A stretch of 63,256 bases of DNA, filler included, from Candidatus Fermentibacterota bacterium (GTDB lineage: Bacteria; JAFGKV01), in NCBI GenBank assembly GCA_016928395.1. It is 8 parts of 8 records of this genome, joined end to end, with 100 filler letters (N's around TTAATTAATTAA, not from the genome) between each part and the next. Parts side by side here need not be neighbours in the genome. Positions count along the whole stretch, not along the records: positions 24,462 to 29,847 come from JAFGKV010000231.1; positions 29,948 to 33,452 come from JAFGKV010000232.1; positions 33,553 to 37,345 come from JAFGKV010000233.1; positions 37,446 to 43,357 come from JAFGKV010000035.1; 4 more parts are not named here. One strand, 5' to 3'. Position numbers and translations under genes: made by a program. Under the pieces are notes generated by a model that was given only the letters and a program-made list of their open reading frames with translations, was not told the origin of the DNA and made no database searches. Shown piece after piece: positions 29,590 through 37,502 of the stretch (position 1 is its first letter; each line of letters starts with the position of its first letter).

Positions 29590-29768
29590 GGAAAGCCCCC
29601 GTGCCGCCTTCTCCTCACTCATCACTCCTATCCCCTCACTCATTAGCCTCGCTTCGCTCGCAGTTGTCAGTTCTCAGTCATCAGTAAGGCCTCTGGATGC
29701 GAGAGCACCCAGGTTTTTCGAGGTTGAGAGTACGGCGCATCGGACGTGCGCGGTGCCGCGGCTTCTCT

Positions 29769-29825
29769 GTAGGAGCGGCTTCAGCCGCGACACGCAACCC
29801 CCGTCGGGCCTGAAGGCCCTCCTAC
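29769..29825. repeat. GTAG-family REP doublet (REPIN)
   Basis: GTAGGAGCGGCTTCAGCCGCGAC...GTCGGGCCTGAAGGCCCTCCTAC inverted pair. Confidence 0.8.
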
Positions 29826-30028
29826 TCTGTTCATGCACCCCCCGTCGNNNNNNNNNNNNNNNNNNNNNNNNNNNNNNNNNNNNNNNNNNNNTTAATTAAT
29901 TAANNNNNNNNNNNNNNNNNNNNNNNNNNNNNNNNNNNNNNNNNNNNCTCGGAAAAGCCGTCCCGCAAATCGTCGTCGAGTTCGGAGAGCCGTGGAAATC
30001 CGTCGCGGAAATCGCGCCGTCAAGAGAT

Positions 30029-30103
30029 TGGAGCGGGAGACGGGGATCGAACCCGTGACGTTCAGCTTGGGAAGCTGACATTCTGCCACTGAATTACTCC
30101 CGC
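30029..30103 (-). tRNA. tRNA-Gly (anticodon CCC)
   Basis: GCGGGAG acceptor stem, TCAGC-TTCCCAA-GCTGA anticodon arm, GGTTCGATCC T-loop, encoded CCA. Confidence 0.97.
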
Positions 30104-30174
30104 TCTCGGGATGTCTTAATGCTACCGGAATGAGGCCGGATGTCCAGTGGATTTGTGACGAAGGGGCAAGCGCC

Positions 30175-30531
30175 CTACCCCTGCGCGGCGAGTTCTTCCA
30201 GGGCATCGGCGCGGGTCGGGACGACGGTCAGGATGGCATCGATCCTGAGGCGCTTGAGCGAGCTGGCCACGGATCGGCTGGGTGCGCAGACCACGATCCT
30301 CCCTGTCCCCAGGCAGCTCTGGCGGTGGTATTCGATGAGAAGCCCCATGGCATGGCTGCAGATGTAGGTCACCTGCGAGCAGTCCACCACTCCTCTCACG
30401 TTCCGGCTTCGGAAGGCCGGTCCCAACACGCCGTCGAACGTGTTGACGGTGGCGGCATCCACCGCCCCCTTCACGGAGAAGACCACGATGTCCCCCATCT
30501 CCTCCTTTGTGACCTCGAGCTTACTGGCCAT
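30175..30531 (-). CDS. STAS-domain anti-sigma factor antagonist
   Basis: VFSVKGAVDAATV...VVDCSQVTYICSHAMGLL. Confidence 0.88.
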   Translation of the reverse strand: MASKLEVTKEEMGDIVVFSVKGAVDAATVNTFDGVLGPAFRSRNVRGVVDCSQVTYICSHAMGLLIEYHRQSCLGTGRIVVCAPSRSVASSLKRLRIDAILTVVPTRADALEELAAQG

Positions 30532-30672
30532 GGCTCCCCCCCTCCCCAGCGACTACCGTACCCCCCTCCCACAGCCGGGGTAAAGCCATCTCCCACTCGG
30601 CCGCCGCTTCTCGACTGTGCGCCTAGCGCCAGGCTCAGCCGCGGGGTACTCATTGTATCCAGGGAGTCCACG

Positions 30673-32475
30673 ATGAAAGGCCGGGGCAACGCGACGAGGG
30701 GCGGGGCAAAAGCCTGCTGGCTCGTCGCGGCCCTCATCCTGTTCCTCCTTCCTCGCCTGCCCGGTCTCGCCCTCACCCTCACCGTCAGCAACACGGTGGC
30801 GGGAAAGACCCCCCAGTACATCGGCGGCAACGAGGGCGCCGCTTTCCGGGCAAGCGACCTCCAGGACAGCGGGATGAACCTGTACCGGGTTTGGGCAACC
30901 ATGGGCGAACTCGAGTACTACGATGACGACTGGGTATCTGCCGGCTACCCGGGCTGGCCTACCTATCCCACCTCGACCTACTACGGCACGCCGACCATCG
31001 CCCAGATCAAGGCGGATCCCGGTGTCATCCCCTGGAGCGTCTGGAGCAATGCGTTCGCCCGTGCCCGCTGGACCGGCGCTGTTTCCTTCAAGGATGTCTT
31101 GGCAGGATGCCGTGCGGCGGGTGTTGAGCCTCTGCTGGTACTCCGGCCCAGAGGGCCCGGCGAGGAATGGATCACGTGGATCCCGGGCGCGCCCGACGGC
31201 GAGGCGTTCTGGGCGGAATGGTGGGAGTACTGCTTCGCCGTGGCCCACTGGTGCAATGTCAGCAACAACTGGGGCATCACGCACTTCGAGGTACATAATG
31301 AGCCCGACCTCTCCGCGCAGGGCTGGACCGGGACAGCGTCGCAGTACGTCCAACTCGTAACCTCCGCTCACGATGCCCTGGCCTTCGCCAACAGCGCGGC
31401 CGGCCTCCCCGTGTACCTCCACGCCCCGCAGGTGTCCGACTACGGGTCGTCCTACCTCTCGTACTCGCTCGACCATGCGGACACGAACATCGACGTCGTG
31501 GACTACCACGTCTACGACAAGTACCACTCGCTGACCGCCAGCATCGCATCCGTGAAGGGGACCGTGCTGAGCCACAACCCCGACGGCGTCGCGGAACCCG
31601 TCTGGATATCGGAGTGGGGCGACCTGGACGGGCAGTACGACACGGTGGCGAGGGGTCTGCTGACGGCGCAGCATCTCTGCCAGATGGCCCAGGGAGGGAT
31701 CACCGGCGCGGCCATCTTCATGTGCTACGACTGGGGCGCGGCGCAGAGCGGGCTGATCAGCACGAACTTCGTGCCGTATGACTCATACTACGCGTTCCGC
31801 CTGGTCCTGCAGGGCCTCGGCGGCGGGCGGGACATCCTGGAGGCCGGCTCAAGCGATCCCTCGAAGCAGGTCATCGTCACGCGGAACGCCACCGGGGTCT
31901 GGGTCCTGGCCGTGGCCGTCGGCACCAACGTGGATGTCGACCTCTCCCAGGCGGGTTACCACTGGGCCACGGCCGAGACGCGGGAGTACTCCGCGACGCA
32001 CAAGGACGTCCCGACGGGAACCCTGCGGCTGACCAACGGCGTGCTGTCGCTTGACTGTTCTACCCAGCAGGTGATCGGTGCGTTCCTTTCGGCCGACCAG
32101 CTCGATACGGATGACGACGGCATGCACGACAGCTGGGAGCTTCTGTTCTTCCCGTCGCTGACCAACGCCGACTCCGCCTCGGACTACGACCAGGATGAGT
32201 TCCCGGACCTGCACGAATTCCTGGCGGGCACGTCCCCCACGGACAGTTCGTCCCTGCTCAGGATCAGCGGCGTGGCCCATCCCGATCCCGCTGCGTTCAT
32301 CATCTGCTGGCCTTCCGCCAGCAGCCGGGTCTACGGCGTCCAGGGCTGTGCGGATCTCGCCGGGGGCTTTGCCGACCTGACCAACGGCCTTTCAGCGACT
32401 TGGCCGGAGAATTCCTTCACCGACGCCGTTGATGCTCTGCCCGCGCGCTTCTACCGCATTCAGCTCGAACCCTAG
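30673..32475 (+). CDS. Secreted clan GH-A glycoside hydrolase (GH5/GH39-like) with a Verrucomicrobia-type C-terminal domain
   Basis: Signal peptide; HFEVHNEPD (acid/base) and VWISEWG (nucleophile); tail DTDDDGMHDSWE...EFLAGTSPTD...RFYRIQL. Confidence 0.8.
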   Translation: MKGRGNATRGGAKACWLVAALILFLLPRLPGLALTLTVSNTVAGKTPQYIGGNEGAAFRASDLQDSGMNLYRVWATMGELEYYDDDWVSAGYPGWPTYPTSTYYGTPTIAQIKADPGVIPWSVWSNAFARARWTGAVSFKDVLAGCRAAGVEPLLVLRPRGPGEEWITWIPGAPDGEAFWAEWWEYCFAVAHWCNVSNNWGITHFEVHNEPDLSAQGWTGTASQYVQLVTSAHDALAFANSAAGLPVYLHAPQVSDYGSSYLSYSLDHADTNIDVVDYHVYDKYHSLTASIASVKGTVLSHNPDGVAEPVWISEWGDLDGQYDTVARGLLTAQHLCQMAQGGITGAAIFMCYDWGAAQSGLISTNFVPYDSYYAFRLVLQGLGGGRDILEAGSSDPSKQVIVTRNATGVWVLAVAVGTNVDVDLSQAGYHWATAETREYSATHKDVPTGTLRLTNGVLSLDCSTQQVIGAFLSADQLDTDDDGMHDSWELLFFPSLTNADSASDYDQDEFPDLHEFLAGTSPTDSSSLLRISGVAHPDPAAFIICWPSASSRVYGVQGCADLAGGFADLTNGLSATWPENSFTDAVDALPARFYRIQLEP

Positions 32476-32724
32476 CGCGAGAGCTTGTCGCCCATGCAAT
32501 AGGCGGGCTAGGATGACCGCATGAGGGGGGCTGAAAACCGGCAGACAACCATTCAGAGAATGAGAGCTCTGAAAAGGACGCAGAGGCTGGTGCAGTACCG
32601 CAAAGGCGCGAAGCGCGCGGCGATCTCGCGCAGGCCTCCCCGTAAGGCGGGGTCTGTTCACGGCCTGTCGTGACTTCAGCAGCAACAGCTGCCTAGGTGC
32701 CGGGGCGGGACGAACGCCGCGTGC

Positions 32725-32766
32725 AAGAAACGGAGCGCCCCGGATTCCAAGGGAACCCGGGGCGCT
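32725..32766 (-). terminator. Rho-independent terminator of the RRM gene
   Basis: AGCGCCCCGG/CCGGGGCGCT stem followed on the minus strand by a short T-rich tract. Confidence 0.65.
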
Positions 32767-32798
32767 TGATTATCTGTTTGTTTGCTTGGTTAGGCCGG

Positions 32799-33182
32799 CT
32801 AGAACCGGCGGGAGAAGTCACGCTTGCCGTGACCACCGCCGTGACCACCGCCATGGCCGCCGCCGTATCCGCCGCGGCCGCCACCGCCGCCGTGCCCGCC
32901 ACCACCGTACCCGCCGCCGCCACCGCCACGCTCCTCGCGGGGCCGGGCCTCGTTGACCGTCAGCGCGCGGCCGTCAACGTCCTTGCCGTTGAGCTCGGCG
33001 ATCGCCTTCTTGGCCTCCTCCTGGGACGCCATCTCGACAAAGGCGAACCCGCGGGACTTGCTCGTGAACCGATCCAGGATCAGTTCGCAGCTGGACACAT
33101 TGCCACACTGCGCGAACAGGGCCTTGAGGTCGTCCTCGGTCGTCTGATATGACAGGTTGCCGACGTATAACTTGCTACCCAT
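32799..33182 (-). CDS. RRM RNA-binding protein with a Gly-rich tail
   Basis: RNP2 KLYVGNL, RNP1 RGFAFVEM, LTVNEARPRE. Confidence 0.95.
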   Translation of the reverse strand: MGSKLYVGNLSYQTTEDDLKALFAQCGNVSSCELILDRFTSKSRGFAFVEMASQEEAKKAIAELNGKDVDGRALTVNEARPREERGGGGGGYGGGGHGGGGGRGGYGGGHGGGHGGGHGKRDFSRRF

Positions 33183-33321
33183 GATGTACTTTTCCTCTTT
33201 CTGCGCTGACAGGAGGCTCGGGTGACTGTTTCCGCCTCATGCGGATTTCGGATCGTCACCTACACGGAGGAAGGACTGACAATCTACCAGGCTCACTCTG
33301 AATCGCTCTGCAGCCACTGTA

Positions 33322-33349
33322 ATAATACTTAGTTCTAGGCGAGGTGCAA
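33322..33349 (-). promoter_or_regulatory. Putative sigma70 promoter of the RRM gene
   Basis: TTGCAC, 16 bp, TATTAT on the minus strand, about 140 bp upstream of the ATG. Confidence 0.5.
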
Positions 33350-33553
33350 CAAGATTACGCGACTTTGTCGTGGTGCAAACAAAACCGGAGTTTCCTGTGC
33401 GATCAAAACCGGAATTCTTCAGGGAGGGGGTTGTGGATGCCTGGGAGGGGCCNNNNNNNNNNNNNNNNNNNNNNNNNNNNNNNNNNNNNNNNNNNNTTAA
33501 TTAATTAANNNNNNNNNNNNNNNNNNNNNNNNNNNNNNNNNNNNNNNNNNNNC

Positions 33554-34897
33554 GATCGATCGTCGCTGGGGCTGGTCGCCATGGATGCCGAGGCCCGGTT
33601 TTTTCTGTTCAACTCCGAGGCCGAACGGCTCACGGGTCTTTCGCGGGCAGACGTCATCGGCCACAGTTGTCGGTCCGTTTTTCCACCCCACGGCATCTGT
33701 GGCGCCGCATGCATGTTCGCGGCAAAATCGGGGTGCCCGGCAACCGACCATGAACACGTGGTTGGTCTTGCGTTGCCATCGGGTCTACCACGCCCCTTCC
33801 GCGTACAGATTGCGCCCTTGCGCGGTAGTGGGATTCCGTCTCGTGTCACAGTGGCAGTGCTCCATGACACAGGTGGCATGCCCTCGTCCGCGCCCGCGCC
33901 CGGGCGGGCTTTTCATGGCATGGTTGGCAGGTCACGAGCCTTGCAGGAGACCATTGCCGTACTGCTGCCCGTGGCGCGGTCAGACTACCCCGTGCTTATC
34001 ACCGGCGAGAGCGGGACAGGGAAGGAACTGGCCGCCAAAGCGATTCATTTGGAGAGCCGCCGCAGTGGCGGTCCTTTCGTCCCTATCAACTGCGGCGCTC
34101 TGCCTGAGCACATCCTGGAGAGCGAGCTATTCGGCCACGTCAAGGGCGCGTTCACCGGCGCCATTCGAGACAAGAGAGGCCGTTTTGAGCTGGCGGATAG
34201 CGGCACTTTGCTTCTGGACGAGGTCGGCGAACTCTCGCCGGCCTTCCAGGTCAAACTTCTGCGGGTACTTCAGGAAAAGCGATTCGAGCGCGTCGGAGGT
34301 GAGCGTTCCCTTCTAGTCGATGTCAGGGTGATCAGCTCAACCAATCGTGACCTTCGAGCACTGGTGAAGCAAGGCTCCTTCAGGGAGGACCTCTTCTACC
34401 GCCTGGCGGTAGTGCCGCTGACACTCCCGCCGTTGCGCGAACGAGTGGAGGACATCCCTGCCTTGGTGCATCACGCGCTGGCCGAGATCCGCAAGGATTC
34501 CGGCGCGACGATACGACGCGTCAGTCCTGCCGCCATGGACCTGATGAAGGGCCACTCCTGGCCAGGCAATATCCGTGAGCTCATTAATGCTCTCCAGTAT
34601 GCGTCTGTTCACTGCAGGGGCGATGAGATCGAGCCTGAACATCTTCCCTTCGAGATCTCAGGCCTGCGTCCCACCGTGACCTTCGAACCGCTGGACGATG
34701 AGACACTGCAAAGTGCCGAGACACCGGCTGTCACCACCGGCGACGAACTCGCCGGAGGAGCCGCGGCGCTCACGCCAGAGCGGGTCGCGGAGGCCATACG
34801 ACAGGCGGAGGGCAACAAGCTCAAGGCCGCCAAGACCCTGGGAATAGGACGCGCCACACTCTATCGATTTCTCGACAAGCATGGGGCGCGCCCGTGA
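33554..34897 (+). CDS. PAS-domain sigma54-dependent activator with Fis HTH (5' truncated; OrpR-like Cys-rich PAS)
   Basis: PAS (FNSEAERLTG) with C-x9-C-x3-C-x7-C; Walker A GESGTGKE; GAFTGA; LLLDEVGE; WPGNIREL; AAKTLGIGRATLYR. Confidence 0.92.
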   Translation, partial: DRSSLGLVAMDAEARFFLFNSEAERLTGLSRADVIGHSCRSVFPPHGICGAACMFAAKSGCPATDHEHVVGLALPSGLPRPFRVQIAPLRGSGIPSRVTVAVLHDTGGMPSSAPAPGRAFHGMVGRSRALQETIAVLLPVARSDYPVLITGESGTGKELAAKAIHLESRRSGGPFVPINCGALPEHILESELFGHVKGAFTGAIRDKRGRFELADSGTLLLDEVGELSPAFQVKLLRVLQEKRFERVGGERSLLVDVRVISSTNRDLRALVKQGSFREDLFYRLAVVPLTLPPLRERVEDIPALVHHALAEIRKDSGATIRRVSPAAMDLMKGHSWPGNIRELINALQYASVHCRGDEIEPEHLPFEISGLRPTVTFEPLDDETLQSAETPAVTTGDELAGGAAALTPERVAEAIRQAEGNKLKAAKTLGIGRATLYRFLDKHGARP

Positions 34898-34915
34898 CGG
34901 GGAGTCGACTGTCTA

Positions 34916-34931
34916 CGGCATGGGCCTTGCT
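34916..34931 (+). promoter_or_regulatory. Sigma54 (-24/-12) promoter upstream of nifU
   Basis: CGGCATG-GGCC-TTGCT gives GG-N10-GC, matching TGGCACG-N4-TTGCW. Confidence 0.75.
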
Positions 34932-35099
34932 TTCGGTGAGTAGGGTGTGGTTTACTTCCTGTCGACTGGGCACGATAGTCACTCAACGGCAGCGAGTGTG
35001 TCGTGACAGCAGACCGGCGATGGCTCCACTGCAGCGAACCCGAACGAGAACAGGCCCAGGAAATGGCCGAGGCAGCACGTCAGCTCAGGAGGACATCAC

Positions 35100-35948
35100 G
35101 TGTGGGATTACTCCGAAAAGGTAAGAGATCACTTCCGTAATCCGCGCAATGTCGGATCAATAGAAGACCCCGACGGCGTAGGCGTGGTGGGGTCTTTGGC
35201 CTGCGGCGATGCGCTGAAGCTTATGTTCAAGTTGGACGATGAGGGCCGCATCGCGGATGTGAAGTTCCAGACCTTCGGGTGCGCGAGTGCCATTGCTTCT
35301 TCTTCTGCACTGACCGAGATGATCAGCGGCATGACGTTGGAGGAAGCGGAGAAGGTTACCAACCAGGACATCGCAGCCTATCTGGGCGGGCTGCCGGAGC
35401 AGAAGATGCACTGCTCTGTCATGGGCCGTGAGGCTTTGGAGGCCGCCATCGCCAACTACCGGACCGGCTCACAGGGTGCCCGCGAGCTGGAAGGGAGGGT
35501 GGTCTGCACCTGCTTCGGCGTGACCGAAGCCGAGATCGAGCGGGTAGTACGGGAGAACGGGCTCACTACTGCGGAGCAAGTAACGCATTATACGAAAGCT
35601 GGTGGCGGATGTGGCGGCTGCGTGGGGGAGATCGAGCGGATCATTTCTCGGATCACGGGCGCCGCTCCAACGGCCGAATCTCAACCCCTGCCGAAGAGCC
35701 GCCGTATGACCACCATAGAAAAGATACGATTGATAGAAGAAACCCTCGAGCGCGAGGTACGTCCCAAACTGCGGCGTGACGGGGGTGATGTGGAGCTGAT
35801 AGATGTGGTGGGGGATACGGTAATCGTCTCGCTCCGGGGGAGTTGCGCCAACTGCCTTATCTCCCAATTCACCCTCAAGGGGGTAGTCCAGAGCAAACTC
35901 CAGGAGTTTGTCTCCCCCGACATCGTGGTGGTGGAGGAGGAGACCTGA
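35100..35948 (+). CDS. nifU: Fe-S cluster assembly scaffold NifU
   Basis: MWDYSEKV; IscU domain (ACGD, FGCASA, MHCS), BFD domain (CTC...CGGC), Nfu domain (DGGD...CANC). Confidence 0.96.
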   Translation: MWDYSEKVRDHFRNPRNVGSIEDPDGVGVVGSLACGDALKLMFKLDDEGRIADVKFQTFGCASAIASSSALTEMISGMTLEEAEKVTNQDIAAYLGGLPEQKMHCSVMGREALEAAIANYRTGSQGARELEGRVVCTCFGVTEAEIERVVRENGLTTAEQVTHYTKAGGGCGGCVGEIERIISRITGAAPTAESQPLPKSRRMTTIEKIRLIEETLEREVRPKLRRDGGDVELIDVVGDTVIVSLRGSCANCLISQFTLKGVVQSKLQEFVSPDIVVVEEET

Positions 35949-37135
35949 TGAGAACGGTGTACCTCGATAACAATGCGACAACCATGGTCGCCCCGGAGGC
36001 AGTGGAGGCGATGAGGCCCTTGTGGTGCGATCTCTACGGTAATGCCTCCAGCATGCACAGCTTTGGCGGCCAGGTGGCCTCCTACATCACCGGCGCGCGG
36101 GAGCAGGTTGCTGCACTCGTGGGCGCGGATCCCGCCGAGATCGTCTTCACCAGTGGCGGTTCCGAAAGCGACAATCTGGCCATCAAGGGGACCCTGGATG
36201 CCTTTGATGGAGCCAAGCGCCATGTCGTCACCACCCGGGTGGAGCATCCTGCCGTGCTCGGCCTGGTTCGGCATCTGAGTCAGAGAGGATACCGGGTCAC
36301 GGAGCTCCCCGTTGACCCTGACGGCTCCTTGGACCTTGGCCTCCTTGACCGTTCGATCACCCCTGACACTGCCATCGTCAGCGTGATGTGGGCGAACAAC
36401 GAGACCGGGGTTGTGTTCCCTATCCCGCAAATAGCCGATATCGTCAAGTCCAGGGGCGTGGTGTTCCATACGGATGCCGTCCAGGCCGCAGGGAAGATGC
36501 CGATCGACCTGGCGAAGGTACCGGTGGATCTGCTCTCAATATCAGGGCACAAGCTTCATGCGCCCAAGGGTATTGGGGTTCTGTACGTACGCAAGGGCAC
36601 GAGACTCATGCCCCAGGTGATCGGAGGGCATCACGAATCCAACCGCCGCGCGGGCACAGAGAACGTGCCCGGCATTGTTGGATTGGGAATGGCCGCCGAA
36701 CTGGCGCGTGCCCAGCTTCCCAACGAGCACCGCATAACTGCGCTTCGTGACAGGCTCGAGGCAGGTATCCTGGCCTCATGTCCCGGTGTGCGCATCAACG
36801 GCGCGAATCGCCTGCCCAACACGCTCAACGTGAGCTTCGAGTTCGTGGAGGGTGAAGCCATTCTGCTCATGTTGGATGATCTGGGTATTGCCGCATCGTC
36901 GGGTTCCGCATGCGCCTCGGGATCGCTGCAACCATCGCACGTGTTGCGCGCCATGGGCGTGCCGTTCACCTTCGCCCACGGCTCGATTCGATTCAGCCTG
37001 AGCCGGTACACCACCGGTGAGGAAATTGACTTCGTGCTCCGGCACCTGCCGGGGATCATTGAGAGGCTTCGGGAAATCTCCCCGTTTGCCAAGGACGGCG
37101 AGTTCGAGAGGGCCTTGGCGGCAGACCATGTCTGA
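35948..37135 (+). CDS. nifS: Cysteine desulfurase NifS
   Basis: YLDNNATT, HTDAVQ, SGHKLHAPKG, SSGSACASG; TGATG overlap with nifU. Confidence 0.96.
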   Translation: MRTVYLDNNATTMVAPEAVEAMRPLWCDLYGNASSMHSFGGQVASYITGAREQVAALVGADPAEIVFTSGGSESDNLAIKGTLDAFDGAKRHVVTTRVEHPAVLGLVRHLSQRGYRVTELPVDPDGSLDLGLLDRSITPDTAIVSVMWANNETGVVFPIPQIADIVKSRGVVFHTDAVQAAGKMPIDLAKVPVDLLSISGHKLHAPKGIGVLYVRKGTRLMPQVIGGHHESNRRAGTENVPGIVGLGMAAELARAQLPNEHRITALRDRLEAGILASCPGVRINGANRLPNTLNVSFEFVEGEAILLMLDDLGIAASSGSACASGSLQPSHVLRAMGVPFTFAHGSIRFSLSRYTTGEEIDFVLRHLPGIIERLREISPFAKDGEFERALAADHV

Positions 37136-37186
37136 GCAGGAGCCTTCCCGGCAAGCCGGCGTTCGTTTTCTTGAAGGAGGGAATGC

Positions 37187-37345
37187 ATGAAGTACGAGTG
37201 CACGGCGTGCGGTTACGTGTACGACCCCGCCAAAGGGGATCCAGACAGCGGTATTCAGCCCGGGACAGCGTTCGAAGACCTGCCCGATGACTGGGTCTGC
37301 CCCGTGTGCGGCGTCGGCAAAGACATGTTCGAGCCGGTAGACTAG
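37187..37345 (+). CDS. Rubredoxin (52 aa)
   Basis: Below the ORF-track cutoff. [62 protein letters not shown]. Confidence 0.96.
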   Translation: MKYECTACGYVYDPAKGDPDSGIQPGTAFEDLPDDWVCPVCGVGKDMFEPVD

Positions 37346-37502
37346 NNNNNNNNNNNNNNNNNNNNNNNNNNNNNNNNNNNNNNNNNNNNTTAATTAATTA
37401 ANNNNNNNNNNNNNNNNNNNNNNNNNNNNNNNNNNNNNNNNNNNNCGACGTCGGCGCTCCCGCGCCCGTCTCCGGCGCACCGCTCGCTGGTGGACAGCGC
37501 AC

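Noticed and set aside
29948-30028. Prophage or island attachment site at the tRNA-Gly 3' end
   Set aside because: The contig ends about 80 bp downstream. No integrase or duplicated tRNA end is visible, so it cannot be supported.
35100-37135. Nitrogen fixation
   Set aside because: Only nifU and nifS are present. These also serve general Fe-S assembly in anaerobes, and no nifHDK is in the window.
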